Assembly: GCF_036321535.1 (NCBI RefSeq)
Contig: NC_087437.1
Coordinates: 13,332,001-13,396,000, forward strand
Length of the DNA: 64,000 bases
Direction of reading: 5' to 3'
Origin: Camelus dromedarius
Taxonomy: Eukaryota
This document shows positions 51,340 through 63,639 of this stretch, one piece after another (the first letter of the stretch is position 1; each line of letters opens with the position of its first letter). A program made the position numbers and the translations under genes. Below the pieces are notes generated by a model. It saw only the letters and a list, made by a program, of their open reading frames with translations. It ran no database searches and was not told where the DNA came from.

Positions 51340-52190
51340 ACTGTTTGTTTTAATTAAAGCAAAACTAATTCCACTGCTTTTGATTACTACATGAATTTTT
51401 AAAAAGAAACCATAATCCCAGTATTAACAGGGATAAACAGTGTTTATCCCTGTTAATACCGGAGTGCATATCACTCTAGACATGAATCTAAATACATATA
51501 TGTAACCAAAAGTGTATTATACCTCAAACTCATCTTTAAACATTTAATGATTGTCCAAAGAAAAACATGTTGAGATTTTACTATGCCTTAGGCACTGTAT
51601 TAAGTTCTTCATAAATACTGTTTCATTTAAAGCACACCACCACTATGAGGTAAATAATATAAACCCAATTATACAACTGAGGTATTGGAGGTCAAGATCG
51701 CAGGTAGCAGCAGAAATGTCTGGCTCCAAACCGAGATCTGTCAATTTCAGATTTTAATTTTCACTATTCTCTCATCTCATGCAGCCGAGTTTTTCAATAA
51801 AATTATATTATAACCATGATTCATGATGATATTCACCTGTCTATTTACAACAACAGTTTAATGACTGACTAGTATCTTACTTACACTTTTTCAAAATATT
51901 TCACCATTCCTCTCTTGTTAGACATTTGAATTTGGTTTTGTTTGTTTTTAGTTTTCTACTAATATAAACAAAACAGCAATAAATATCCTTGTAGATAAAA
52001 CTTGTTGTAGATCCTTAATTATTTCCTGAGGATGAATTTCTAGAAATAGAGTCATCGGGACAATGTCATGCAAACATCTTACTCTTTCAGCAGTAATGCC
52101 AAATTTCCCTTCAGAAAAATTATAACAAATTACACATCTGCCATCCATATGTACCTGCGACCTCATTTACAAAACAAAACCAAAACAAAA
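51340..52190 (-). mobile_element. L1ME-type 3' fragment with a MIR insertion (~51560-51770)
   Basis: gttagacatttgaatttgg...aacagcaataaatatccttgtagataaa...atttcctgaggatgaatttctagaaatagag. Confidence 0.7.
51421..51459. repeat. Perfect inverted repeat, 19-bp arms with 1-nt spacer
   Basis: gtattaacagggataaaca-g-tgtttatccctgttaatac. Confidence 0.97.
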
Positions 52191-53689
52191 TAAATACACA
52201 AAACTTCAAACTACTTTTCCAATCACAGTATCCTCTTAGAAATAGAAGATACCTTTGGAGTCATTTCTTTCTAATCTCCTACACATTATGGACCTTTTTC
52301 ATGGCGCATTCCTGATCTGGAGTATCTGTGCTATAATTCATAGAAAGTGGGGACAGAAAATAAAGAACAATTTAAGATAGCCCTAAACCATAAAACTCAG
52401 ACTCTCAGCAGTGCAATCCTGCTCAAACAGTTCTAAAATGCATCCAGAATCAGAGAGCCCCATCGGAAATGAGGCAATCCTGGCAGGCTTTCAACATACT
52501 TGACACAGGTCACAAAATGATAAAGATTTTCTGGTCCTTCTCCACCTGAAGTGGGTTTGCTTTAAGTGTTGGAAGCTGAACACATATCTCTTGCTCTATG
52601 CAGCTGTGCAACAGCTTGGTGTTCTTTGCCTCTGGGAATTCAGCACACAGAGGTGGGGTGGTCGGTGGGAGCAGATTGTTCAGAAACAAAAATGAATTAA
52701 ATGATTTTACATTTCTAGGTCGTAGGGTCTGTGAATTTAACTTTTTGTGGCTTCTCTTCCCCCTAAACTCAAAAACTTTAACCCCGAGTTCCTTTAATTC
52801 TAGAGACACTGGGATTTAGCTATGTTTGAAGGAGAAAGTGACCTTCCACTGGTTAAGCTTTCCTTAAGTACCATGCCCTTTAGATGCAACACATTGCTGG
52901 ATATTGCAGTGGAAATTGGTGGGGGCAAGAAAAGTAATGCAGGTAAGTGAAGCAATAGAAATCTAGAAAAAAAAAATCTATAAAAATGTAAATTCTGCAA
53001 GTGATTGCCAAACACAACTGTGAAAGCAAAGAGCAGGCAAAGATTAATTCTGCCTGGGGTGAGGATGAGGCTAGGCGTGTGAAAGAAGGTGGTATTTGGG
53101 TGGTAATCGAAGACACTAGGAAGCAGGGTCCTCGGAACGCCCCCTTTTATTTGGTGCATATGTGATGAATAATTTAAATCATGGAATACTAGCATTATTA
53201 AGACAATTTGCTTTAATTTTACACATACTTTCTTAAGGGACAGATAGGCTCTATTTCGGCTGCACATTCAAAGTCATCCCTGGAAAGGGAAGGAAAAACT
53301 GAAATTTCTAACATATTCTGCTTTGGGAAACGACGGGTTGGGGGTAGGGACCAGGGCCCAGAAATCAACCCTAAAACTTTGGGCTTCAGAACTGCAGGGG
53401 ACCATTCTGGGATCTAATCTTGGAGTCCTGGGGGCGAGGGACATCCCACCTTTCCACCTTCCCGAAATGCAACCTAGTGCAATACTTGGCCCCCAGTAGG
53501 TAATCGTGTATGGAATGGATTTTATGCAATCGCCTTAAATGCACTGGCGCCTGACTGTCCATTAGAGGACAATCAAATCAACTCAACACCACGTTGTGCT
53601 GCTTCTGCCAGCGAAATTTCAGCTCTGATTTCAATAGTTAGAAAAACAGGAGAAAGAATCGGGCCATAGCATCCTGAGAGTGGAGCTAT

Positions 53690-56450
53690 GCGAGGGGTTG
53701 GGAGGAAGGAGGGCGAGGGCGGCAGGGAGAGCTAACAGTCCCACCTCGGCTCACCTCCTCCTGCAGCAATCGCTCAGCCCCCGCCCCCTCTCTCCATTCC
53801 GGACCCCCCACCCGGGAGGCGTGAGGGCCGCGCCCGCGAGGCAGTAGCCGGGCTCTGGCGGTCACGTTCGTTCCCTGCTGCTTTTCCAGTCTCCAGCCTC
53901 CTCGCTCCTCCTCCCTCCTCCCCGGCCCGGGTTTGGAGGCGATTCCCCTCTAGTGACTGAGCCGAACGTATCTGGGCGAGCGGCGCTTCGCCTCCCTCCG
54001 GTCTTTGTCTCCTCCTCCTGCAAGGCTCCGGGGCCCGGCGCAGGGTCTGCAGCGGCCGCCGCAGCAGCGGGAGCCAAGCGGTGCCTCGCGCGGCCGCGCG
54101 GGGCCGCGCCCTCGCTCGGTGGAGGCGCCGGAGGACGCCAGCCTGGCCACGCACCGCCGGCGTCCGGCGCTCCAGCCGCCGCGAAGCAACGCCGCGGCCG
54201 CCGCGGCCGGGGAACTAGCCCACCCGGCCGGCCCGCTCCGAGGCAGGCAGCCCATCTAGTAGTCGGGTGGGGATAGCGGCCGCTGCGGGTCTGGCAGCGC
54301 ACACAGGGCGCCAGGCAGACGCACCCCACGCCTCATCCCTGCGCCACGAGGATGGAGCAGGCACCCCGGCCCGGGACTGGCGCAAGGTAAGGTGCAGACG
54401 CCTGTTGCTTTTCGCAAAGCGCGGTATCGTCCCCTCTGCCCGGATGCCTAGGGCACCCTTCCCAGAACAGGCAGAGGAGAACTATCACCCCATTTCTGAG
54501 CCGTATCCAATCCCCCTGTTTCCCCGGAGTAGATCCTTGGAGAGATCCCTCCTGGCGAGGGCGGGGGTCCACCCGCTTTGCTGGCGTGCAGCTTGGCTGC
54601 AGTGCAATAGTCTGCAAACTTTTGTGCCCCCTCCCTGCGCGGTGCTCACCCAGTGCGGTGCAAGTTGCACGTCTACTTTTCGTTTGCTCCCTTCCCCCAG
54701 TACCCACCCCCCCTCTTTTGCCGTATGCATCTGCCCATTTCTCACTGTGTGTTCTTGCCAGTCGACTTTTCACTCCCTGCAGCTCCCGCTAGAGAGGCGA
54801 GGGTTTGGGACCCAGCAGTGCTTATCCTGCCTGTAGGGGTTGGGTAGGAGCCGAGATGGTGAAATAAGATAGGTGGGACAAGGGGGAAGGCTGTCCCCAC
54901 CCCTGGGGCTCTGTCCAGCGCGGCGGGAGTCGGTCGGTTCTTACGTAGGCCACCCCCAACTCGGTAATGAAACCCTTGGAGTGGCTTGCGGCTGTGCGCC
55001 GTGGGAAGGCAAGTGCAGATCCGGGTGGGTGAAGTAAGTGGTTTGGTGAGGGAAAGGTTGCTGGTGGGGTGGGGGAGGAAGCTGAGGGTGGGGATAGATC
55101 TGGTTGAGGGGGGACCAAAAGGCTCTGCTAAAGTGGGCGAGGGGCCAGCCCAGAGCCGTCTTCTGACGCGGAGGAAAAGGAATTTGAGTCTGGAGGGCGC
55201 TGGCCGGGTGTGTAAATAGAGATGGGGGAAGGGTTGGGCACCTGGGGAGGCGCAGAGAGGCAGATTGGAGCCCCGGAATGCTGGGGCCCAGGGGGACTGG
55301 GGAAGGCAGGCTTCTGGGTGCCTGGGATGGGGCGATCTTCTTCTCCAGGGGAAACAAACTGCTCGATTCAGAGTACGTTGGCGTCTTGGGCGGCGATTGA
55401 GTGGTCAGGTCATGGACCAGGGAAGCTTTTCCTAGCTGGAAGAGGACCAGGGTTCCCTTGTTTCCCCCACACCCGCTTCTTTACCCCTCCACCTCCGCAA
55501 CCGGGTCGGCAGACCCACCTTCCCTGCCAGGAGCTCGGGAGTCAGGGATGTTTCCACAGCCGCAGGGTGGGAAGGGGATTCCGGGACTCGAAGGAGAGGC
55601 TTGTGTGCCGGGTAGGGGGGAGTTCCCAGCGCCTGGCGAGTAAACCGGTGTCCCAACCGGTTGGAGGAGAGCGCAGGGGCGGAGGCTGCAGTGGGAGCCA
55701 CCCCCCCCCCCCCGCCGCCCCTCTGCACAACGCACCTGGGCGGAGCGAGGGAGTGGGGGGAGCCCCGAGCCGCCGGGGAGGCTCGGGAGCGCAGACCTGG
55801 AGGGCGTGCAGCGAAACGCAGGGCCAAGGGGGTGTGAGCATCGGGTGACGGGAGGCCCGGCTCCCAGACCCGGAGCCCCGGGCAGAAGTGGGTCCGTCCA
55901 CCTCTCGGCCCCCAGGTATATCCTTTCGGCTGTTAGAGACGGTTTGGCGGATGCCAGAAGGCTAGGCGCTTTCCTCCTTTGCACCCCAGCAACCTGGAAA
56001 GGAAGGCCATTTATGCGAGGGGACCTCGCCTGCTATGGCGAAGAAGGGGCAGTCCCCGGGCTCCATTTATCCTGCTGGGGGACACACTGGGCTGTCACAG
56101 GCCTGGAAGCACCTCATTTAACCCTTCTCTGTCTGAGAAGGCGCACGCCCCTCTCAAAGTGGTGCCTTGAGCTGAGAATCCAATCCTACAGGCTCCAGAG
56201 AAGAGGAATTTGGGGGTTGCGTGGGCCCGGATCCCTGCAAAACGCCCTGGACTTCCCTGTTCAGATCTCCCACGTGCAGGCTTTTAGGGCCGCAAACCGT
56301 CTCTGCGGTTGCCCTGCAGACAACATCCCCGGCTCTCTGGACCAGAGCTGGGAGAAAGCGGAGCACAGCGTAGTCCCATTTTCTGGGCCTGCCGCCTTGG
56401 CCAGACCCTTCTGAAAGAGACGTCGACTGGCCAGGGCTCCAGAAGGAATC
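53690..56450. promoter_or_regulatory. CpG island promoter extending into intron 1
   Basis: Abrupt rise in GC and CpG density (core ~53770-54450, second patch ~55480-56400) against a CpG-depleted background; GC box ccccgcccc at ~53778; no interspersed repeats; no TATA box seen. Confidence 0.92.
53830..54386 (+). other. Putative first exon (mostly or wholly 5' UTR) of a gene with a long first intron; start coordinate approximate
   Basis: Lies in the CpG island core and ends at a near-consensus donor CGCAAG|GTAAGG; single ATG at 54352; no clear downstream coding exon in the remaining 9.6 kb. Confidence 0.72.
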
Positions 56451-56859
56451 CTGAGTTGAGTCACTCCCCTCCGGGCCACCCCTGAAGCAGCGAGCTCCCT
56501 GCCTCCCCACCGCCAGCTTCAGAGCCCCAAGGAGGGAACGGGGATTCCCTTGGGACAGGCTTGGGTGCAGCTCCTGAGCGCAAGGCCAGGCGTGGAGGGG
56601 GATAGAGCTTTGGCTTCTGAATTACCTGGATAACTGAGGTAGGATTCCAGAATTAAATTCTTTACTCCGCCACGTTGAACTTTTGGCGCCCCAAGGCCAG
56701 GTTCTTTCTGGATGCTTATTGCTTGGTTCTGTGCTCAGGCTGGTTCTCTTTGCTTGTAGAAACAGGTTGGAACATGTCCCTTGGCAACTCTTGAAGCAAG
56801 ACTTCAAATGCACACCATGGTGTTTTGTCAGGTTGCTGAGCTGTTCCGGGGAGGCAGGT

Positions 56860-57130
56860 AGTCATGATAGTAGTCAGCCCTGGCATTTACTGAGCTCTTA
56901 CTTTGTGCAGGCAATAGATGTTTCACGTGCAGTTTGGGTTTTAATCCTTATGACAACCCTGGAAGACAATTATTTTTCCCATTTTGTTGGTAAGGAAACT
57001 AAACCATGGAGAAATTAATTTGTTTGCTCATTGTCATCCAACCAATCAGTGGTGGGATTTGTGGATAGAGAAGTGGTGTGTCCCATGCTTTCAACCCCAC
57101 TTGGTACCAGAGATCCTTTGTCCACAGGAA
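56860..57130 (-). mobile_element. MIR SINE (intronic)
   Basis: catttactgagctcttactttgtgcaggca...ttaatccttatgacaaccctgg...cccattttgttggtaaggaaact. Confidence 0.8.
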
Positions 57131-60100
57131 GGGTGGGTGACAAATGAGCAAACCCCGGGGGCATGCTGTCAGTGCCAGTCCTTGCCTGGGAGCCCCTGTG
57201 GCTGTGGAACTGGGGAGACTGATGGTGCATATTTCCCCTGCTTAGAGCCCGATGGGGTGCACCTTGGGAGGATGGGGTCCTGGGACTGGGAGCAGATTTA
57301 GGGAACTGGCAGCTGGCATTGGACTTCTGTTCTGAATCTTTTCGTGGACATTCCCTTTTTAAATGTGAGGAGAAATGAAAGAGGGGATCCGAATGTGAGC
57401 AGAGATGTGCTCCTAGGACAGAAACTGTGGAAACTATTCTGCAAATGCATCTCTTTCTAGTGACTGAATCACAGACTATTAGAGCTAGAGTGATCTCAGA
57501 TATCACCCCTTCCAATCCAGAAGTGGGGAGGAGACTGAGTGATGTGCTCAAGGCCACTCCGTGTTCCTAGCATCACTAGTGCTAGAACCACTGTCTTCTG
57601 ACCCTTGGTCAAAAAAAACCAATATTTATGCAAAAATGGATTATGTTCACTGTGGCTTCTTTTCAGGCTCTTTAAATTAATTAGGGAAAATTAATTAGGG
57701 AAAAACTTGTTTATTTAAAAAAGTAGACGATTTTGCTCATTTTTCATAAATGCCTTGTTCAGCATAACCAGAAAAGGTGACGATCATACAGTGGATGAAC
57801 CACCACAAGTATGTGCCTCTTTTGAAAAAAATTACAGCAGAATATTTATAAACCTTCGAATAAAAAATTAACTGTGCAACCCTTTAGATTATTCTAAATG
57901 AAATGAAATGGATTCTGAACCATTTCAGCCAAGTCCCCCTGTCAAGTGGAGAGTCGCTGTCCTGCCCCACCCCCAAGCATTTGTGAAAATCAGAAAAAAT
58001 GTACTGCGTCAGAAGGAAAAATCCTTTTGAATACAATGAAATGATTTGGGATTATTTCTTCTGGCTTCTGACCGTTGGGTTAAAGTTTAGGCTGATATAA
58101 ATCTGAGATAAGCCAACATCTTTCTAAGTAGACATACTTGGGGCTCAGAAAGGGGAATGATAGTTCTTTACCATCTCGCTCACTGAGCCCCTTTGCAGGG
58201 GAGACTTGGTCTGGCAGTTTAGGGATTCCATGTGCCCCTAGGCATTCTCGTAGGACAGAATTCTGATTTCTAAGAACATTCTCTGTCTTGTCTCTGTAGC
58301 CACAGTACTACATGTCCCCACCCCCCCCCCCCGGGAGTTGAACCAACAAAAAGTCAGCTAGAGGAAACACAGAGGGGGAGAACTTCGAAAAGCCTGTTTC
58401 TCAGAATCACATCGTGGCAGGGTGGGTGGGAGTTCCAGGCAGATGGTGGAGACTTGTTGCCTTTTCTGTCACCTGGAACAGGATTTCTATCCCTGATGCT
58501 GTGACAGGCCAGGCCAGAGGCCCCCAGGCGGTGATGGGGGAGGGGTAGTGAAGGAGGAAGGGGGTGAGGGTGAGGCATGGGTTGGGGGCTTGGCTGACAA
58601 AGGGCTTTGGTGTGGCTGAGATGGCCCAGGAGAGAGTGCCTGAGAGATGCCGTCTTCCCCCTTCCTCTCTTACCTGCCTCTTCAGTCTTGCCACCCATAT
58701 TGGGCTGACTGATCTGAATCTGAGTTATCTCAAGGGAAGCATTCACTTTCTAGAGAATTCATTAGCAATACGTATTGTCTTTATGTAAGTAGAGAAAAAA
58801 ATACAGACAGCTGCCCCACTCCTCAGGGAGAGCCCTAAACATCAGGTCATCCCAGAAGGGTGATCTTCTGAGGCAGAGGGTCTGCGTTAGCCGGATTGCA
58901 GCAGTGTCAGAGAATAAAGGACGTGACACTGAAATCAGGTGTGGCAGCAGCCGAGAGAAATGGTCTTCTGTGAGGGACCAAATGAAGGAAAACCCGTTTC
59001 TACCTGGGCAGATGTTCTGGTTCCCAATTGCTAGCTTTGCAGGGGTGATAGTGGAGTTAGCTGTACCCTTACCCCACGTATGTCGTCCATATCCTCCACT
59101 TACTTCCCTTTTCCCGTGTGGTGTAGCGTTAAAGGGCCCGCACAGCACTTCCGCTGGGACAATTCTTTGGTGGTGTATTTATCTTAAATCATATAAATAC
59201 GCGTTTGTTGACAGAATAACAATTACTGTTAAGCAACATGGTCTGGGACAAGGTTATGAAAAAATGAAACCTTTTTATTCAGAATACAAGGAATAAATAT
59301 TTTTATGCAATACATCGTATGAATTAAAATTCTCAGTTTTGGTTAGAGATTTAAATATAAAAAATCATCAAGAACCAGAGCATCTGATCTTGACCTACTT
59401 TTAATAACAGGAGAAGCCAAATAGTAAGGATCTGTGGAATTTGAAGAAGAGGACAGGAGGAAAAAGAAAAAGAAGATATTACCAAGTAAAACCTGAGATG
59501 CTTTTCCCTCATGGATTTTATTTTAAATAAAAATATAATATCTTAATCTATTTTGAGATTTAAATAGATTAACCCATAAGATTAATAAATTTAGTATTTT
59601 ATCTTCAGATTGTGGCTTTGATGAGCTGTGTTCTACAAGTGGTTGATGCTCTTCTATCTGACAGACTAGTATGTATCTATATATTCTTTATAAAAACTTA
59701 GTGAATTAATGCATGACGTAAGAAATGTCCATTGTACGTAAAAATGAAGTCTGCAGCCTTCTCAAGATTTGGAATGTATTTTCCCAAAGTGGTGAAATTA
59801 ATAGTAGTAGCTGTAAAATACAATTAAAATAAACAAATGAATAAATAGTGAAAAAGAACCACCCTGATGAAAACAAGATTTTTTTTTTCAAGCAGATAAA
59901 TGAACAATTAGTTAAGTTTATAAAATTTATGGTTTCAAATTTATCCTAAGCTCTCTCGGCTGCTTTTTATGGTAACACTTGTCTAGTACAAGGGTCACTA
60001 CACTTTTAGACAGTTTTTGAAAAAGCATTTGTGCCTTTTGTTAGAAGTAAAATGGAGACAAGCATAAAAAAATAAAATATTGTGAGTCATTCTTAAGCAT

Positions 60101-60142
60101 GGAGTAATTCTTGACAAAACTAAGTATGTTTTCAAATTCAAT

Positions 60143-60321
60143 TTGATTTCCTTTTTTTCTTTCTTTTCTTTTCTTTTCCTTTCCTTTCCTTTCCTTTTCT
60201 TTTCTTTTCTTTTCTTTTCTTTTCTTTTCTTTTCTTTTCTTTTCTTTTTCTTTTTCTTTTCTTTTTCTTTTCTTTTCTTTCTTTTTCTTTTAATCTCTTC
60301 TTTCTTTCTTCCTTTCTTTTT
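60143..60321 (+). repeat. (TTTTC)n / pyrimidine low-complexity tract
   Basis: Directly visible. Confidence 0.95.
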
Positions 60322-61024
60322 TAGGTCATTGATAGAATTTTCAGTCTGCGTATAAGTCATCAGTACCTTGCTGGGAGAGAGCTGTTTCATTACAAATATC
60401 TCCCCTGGTGAAGGCAGGGAGAAAGAACAGTGTTTATTTGTCCGGAGCTAAAGCACAAAGGTCATGAAGTCGCACTGGCTTCTCCCCTTGGGCTCCAGCC
60501 TCAGCTCTGGTTTGGGAAGGCAGCCCTTGCTCGGGCCTGCCTACAGAGGGCTCACCCTGTTAGCGGTGACTAAGCATTCTACTTGCCTTGGCTACCCTGG
60601 GGATTTATGCTCTGAGAAGAATCCCGGCCCAGTCTGCTGACCTTCCTCAGCCGTCTGCTCATGAGGGATTATCAAGCAGGAATGTTTTTCATCCTTCCTA
60701 CAAATTCTATTTAAGCCTGGGTTGGCAAAGTGGTATAGTCTCTTTCCACAGAGTGTTTCGTGGTCGTTTATTTGGGTGGTCGGTCAGTCTGTTTTTTCGT
60801 TGCTTCTCAAAAGCACTTCCTATAAACAAAATTAATATGCTCCCCTAGTGGAAGGTATGGTGTAGACTCTTGGTGCCCGAAGCATTGGCTTCAAGACCCA
60901 TGAAAGAGGGATGGCGGGTAGCCAGCCAGGTCAGAGGCCCAAGAGAGAGGCAGCAGAGAAGCAGTGGAGGTGGAGGTAGGCAGGAAGAGGAGGCAAGAGG
61001 GGCAAGCTGTCAGGGTAAACGGAC

Positions 61025-61555
61025 TGCTACTGAGTCCAAGCTCTTTTTTGCTCGCCGCATGACAGGCCAGTAAATCGGGAGATGAGGTGTTGAGGCAAGG
61101 AATAGCGACTTTATTCGGAAAGCCAGCAGACCAAGAGAATGGCAGTCTAATGTCTTGGAGAACCATCCTACTCAAGTCAGAATACAGGCTCCTTTTATGC
61201 AAAAAAAAACCAGGGGAGGGGGTGTGGCTGGTTGTTGCAAACTTCTTGCTGCAGGAATTCTTTGTTCTTGCAGCCATCCACATGGGTCAGGCCATGGTGT
61301 CACTGTAAACCTCCAACAAGACAAAGGTTATTCTCTGTTTTGCAACTTGCCGTCTCTGCATAAGTGCAGAAATGCTAACATCCTTAAAGGTCAGAGCCCG
61401 GAGAATAGGCTCTCCTGTGTATTTCAGGCGAAAGGCAACATTGTTTTACAAAAGGTGCAGAGCCAGCAAGACTGAGCCTAGAAAACAGGGCACAGTGGTC
61501 AAAACTAAAGGAACAGATCCAATATATGGAGTCAGATTTGTTCTCCTCTATTACA
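61025..61555 (-). mobile_element. ERV1 solo LTR, antisense in intron 1
   Basis: Minus strand starts TGTAATAGAGGAGAACAAATCTGACTCC and ends GTAGCA; AATAAA on minus strand (~61110); 4-bp TSD GGAC/AGAC with one mismatch. Confidence 0.85.
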
Positions 61556-61848
61556 AGACCACCCAAAGGAAGAGGACCCAGCAGTTAGCCCGGGAAGACT
61601 AAGGCATATTTGGTATAAGCCAACCTCAAAAGATAAGACAAAAAGGCATAAAAATAAGAGAAGACGGAGAGAGCTAATGGGAGTGATAGGGGCCTGAAGG
61701 AGAGGCGTACAAGTTAAAAATAATGCACCTAAATCATTCCTCAAGGTCTAGCTCACCTCAAAGGCAGGCTCAGCCCTCAGCCAGCGGGCAGGCGTGCTTT
61801 CCCACATTCCCTGCCCCTGGTTAATGCGGCTTCTCAATCACCAGACCA

Positions 61849-62290
61849 AGGGCTCTTAACCTGAATTATGTCCTGGCGCCCTTTGCCAGTCTGACAAGTT
61901 TAGAGACCCTAGAAGGATGTGTTTAAATGTATAAATTGCAATACATTAGATTATCACAGAAACCTTATTGAGATAATTATATGTAGTATGTAAGCCACTG
62001 TGACCTCCTCATGGGTGCCCAACAAGCTCCAACCTGTGGGCACCGCCGTTTTGAAGCAGGGATGAGCTTAATGCCGCTGTGAGGTGCCTGCAGACCCGCG
62101 CTATGACAGGAAAATGTCCAATTTGGGTTGGTGACACCGTCACGGGTACTGCTCTTGGCGTGTAAGTGTTGTGGCCTGCATTTGCAATAGAATTAAATGC
62201 TAAATTGTAGTGCAGTGTTAGAAAACAGATTTGTGGCTTTTTTTCCGTTCAAGTTCACGGATTCCTTGAATCCTGTTGATAGACACGTGT
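61849..62290. mobile_element. Charlie4a/MER80-like hAT DNA transposon
   Basis: gggctcttaacc...ccctttgccagtctg...ggtgacaccgtcacgggtactgct...aatgctaaatt...caagttcacggattccttgaat. Confidence 0.65.
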
Positions 62291-63639
62291 GACTAGGGGA
62301 ATGTGTCGTCCCTAATCGGGGTACTGTTGAGAATGAAATGGAGTGGGGTTGTCACTCTTAAGAAGTGGGTGTGAACTGGGACGGGCCTGGCAAATTGGAA
62401 CGTCGTAAGGTCCTTTCCGCCACTGTCACCTCTCTGGGGTCTCTTTCCCCGGATCAGTTTTCACTTCCCTGGTGCAAAGAGTTGGCGTCATCCGCCCTGT
62501 TCTTAGGGGTCGTGGTCGTGGATACTGATGGGCTCGGGGAAGTGGACACCAACTTTCGCTGAAAGAAGTCACCTGTCAGGGCCCCCTCCAGGCCGAGGGA
62601 CGCCGTTGTAAGAGCTAGGAGGTGTGCTTCCTTGGAGCGGCCGCGGCCTCTGGCTCCCGACTGGGTGAACGCTGGCCGGCGTTTCAGCTCCCGGTGGCCG
62701 CCTTGGCCGGGTGTCCTGGTGCTTTGGCCAACTTCAGCCTCAAGTGAGGTTGAATTATGAGACTACACTGCACTTCAGCCGAAAGTTTCAGCTTCTCCAA
62801 CATTTTTATTTCTTTTCTTTTCAATTTTTGTTTTTTTAAAGCAGAGCTCCCACAATAGCTTTGAAAGTTTTCTTTCCTTTCCCTGCCCAGTTCCTACTGA
62901 TCAGAAAGTGGCCTCAGTGCAGGCAGATGGAGGGAGACCCACCGGAAAAGACCAGAATCTGGAGAATGGTTAAACTGGATAGCAAGGCCTTGAGTGATGG
63001 CGAGGGCCTGAGGGCCTGCAGTGTTCCCTGTGCACGCGGCTCGTGTTGTCCCGTGTTGGGGGAAGGTGGCAGGGCATCCCTGCTCCTGGAGATCACGGTG
63101 TTTCTTTCTGTTCTGTGGGTGATGTGGAACTTGCTTAGTAGAATAAAAGGCTCTTCCAGGAAAGCTTTTGACTTTGCAAGGGGGATGCAGCCTCTCAGAA
63201 ATATATATCGAATATTTGATTGGGAGCCAAGCCCCTGGGTTCTAGTTCCAGCTTTGGCCCTAACCAGCTCTGTGTCTTTGGACTGGTTAAGATGACTTCC
63301 CCAGTAAGTGGATGATTGGAAGCCAGATGGTTTCGAAAGCCCCTCCCAGTGCGGTGGCTTCCAGAGGCATTGTTTTATTTACGCTCCGGATGATGGTTTT
63401 CCTCTTCAAGCTGGTTCTGACTTCTTTGCTTAGGACTTCCAGCCCTTGTGTACCACAGATCCAATAAGGATAGATGGAGACACTCCACAATCCCGAGGCT
63501 CTGTGACTAGAGTCAGGGGGTGGGAGTGGGGAGGTGGAAGGGATTACAGCCAGCAGGCCAAGGGACAGAGTAGGAAAGGACTGGAACACTCTATAACTTT
63601 CCTCGCAGCAATGACCATCACTCAGGAAGGGCGTAGGAA

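Noticed and set aside
51426..51445. Resemblance of the palindrome arm to the I-SceI site (TAGGGATAACAGGGTAAT)
   Set aside because: Only a partial match; no vector or engineered sequence nearby.
53774..56510. Many overlapping 100-208 aa ORFs on both strands in the CpG island
   Set aside because: These are Arg/Gly/Pro/Ala-rich products expected from stop-poor GC-rich DNA. They show no recognisable domain, many use non-ATG starts, and several cross the splice donor.
59543..59572. 11-bp inverted repeat ttaatctattt...aaatagattaa
   Set aside because: Short, very AT-rich, with an 8-nt spacer; plausible by chance in AT-rich intron sequence.
59998..60390. 130-aa Lys/Arg/Glu-rich ORF and opposite Phe/Ser-rich ORF
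   Set aside because: Translation of the (TTTTC)n tract; the same applies to ORFs over (AAGG)n at 10123 and (TTTC)n at 25228.
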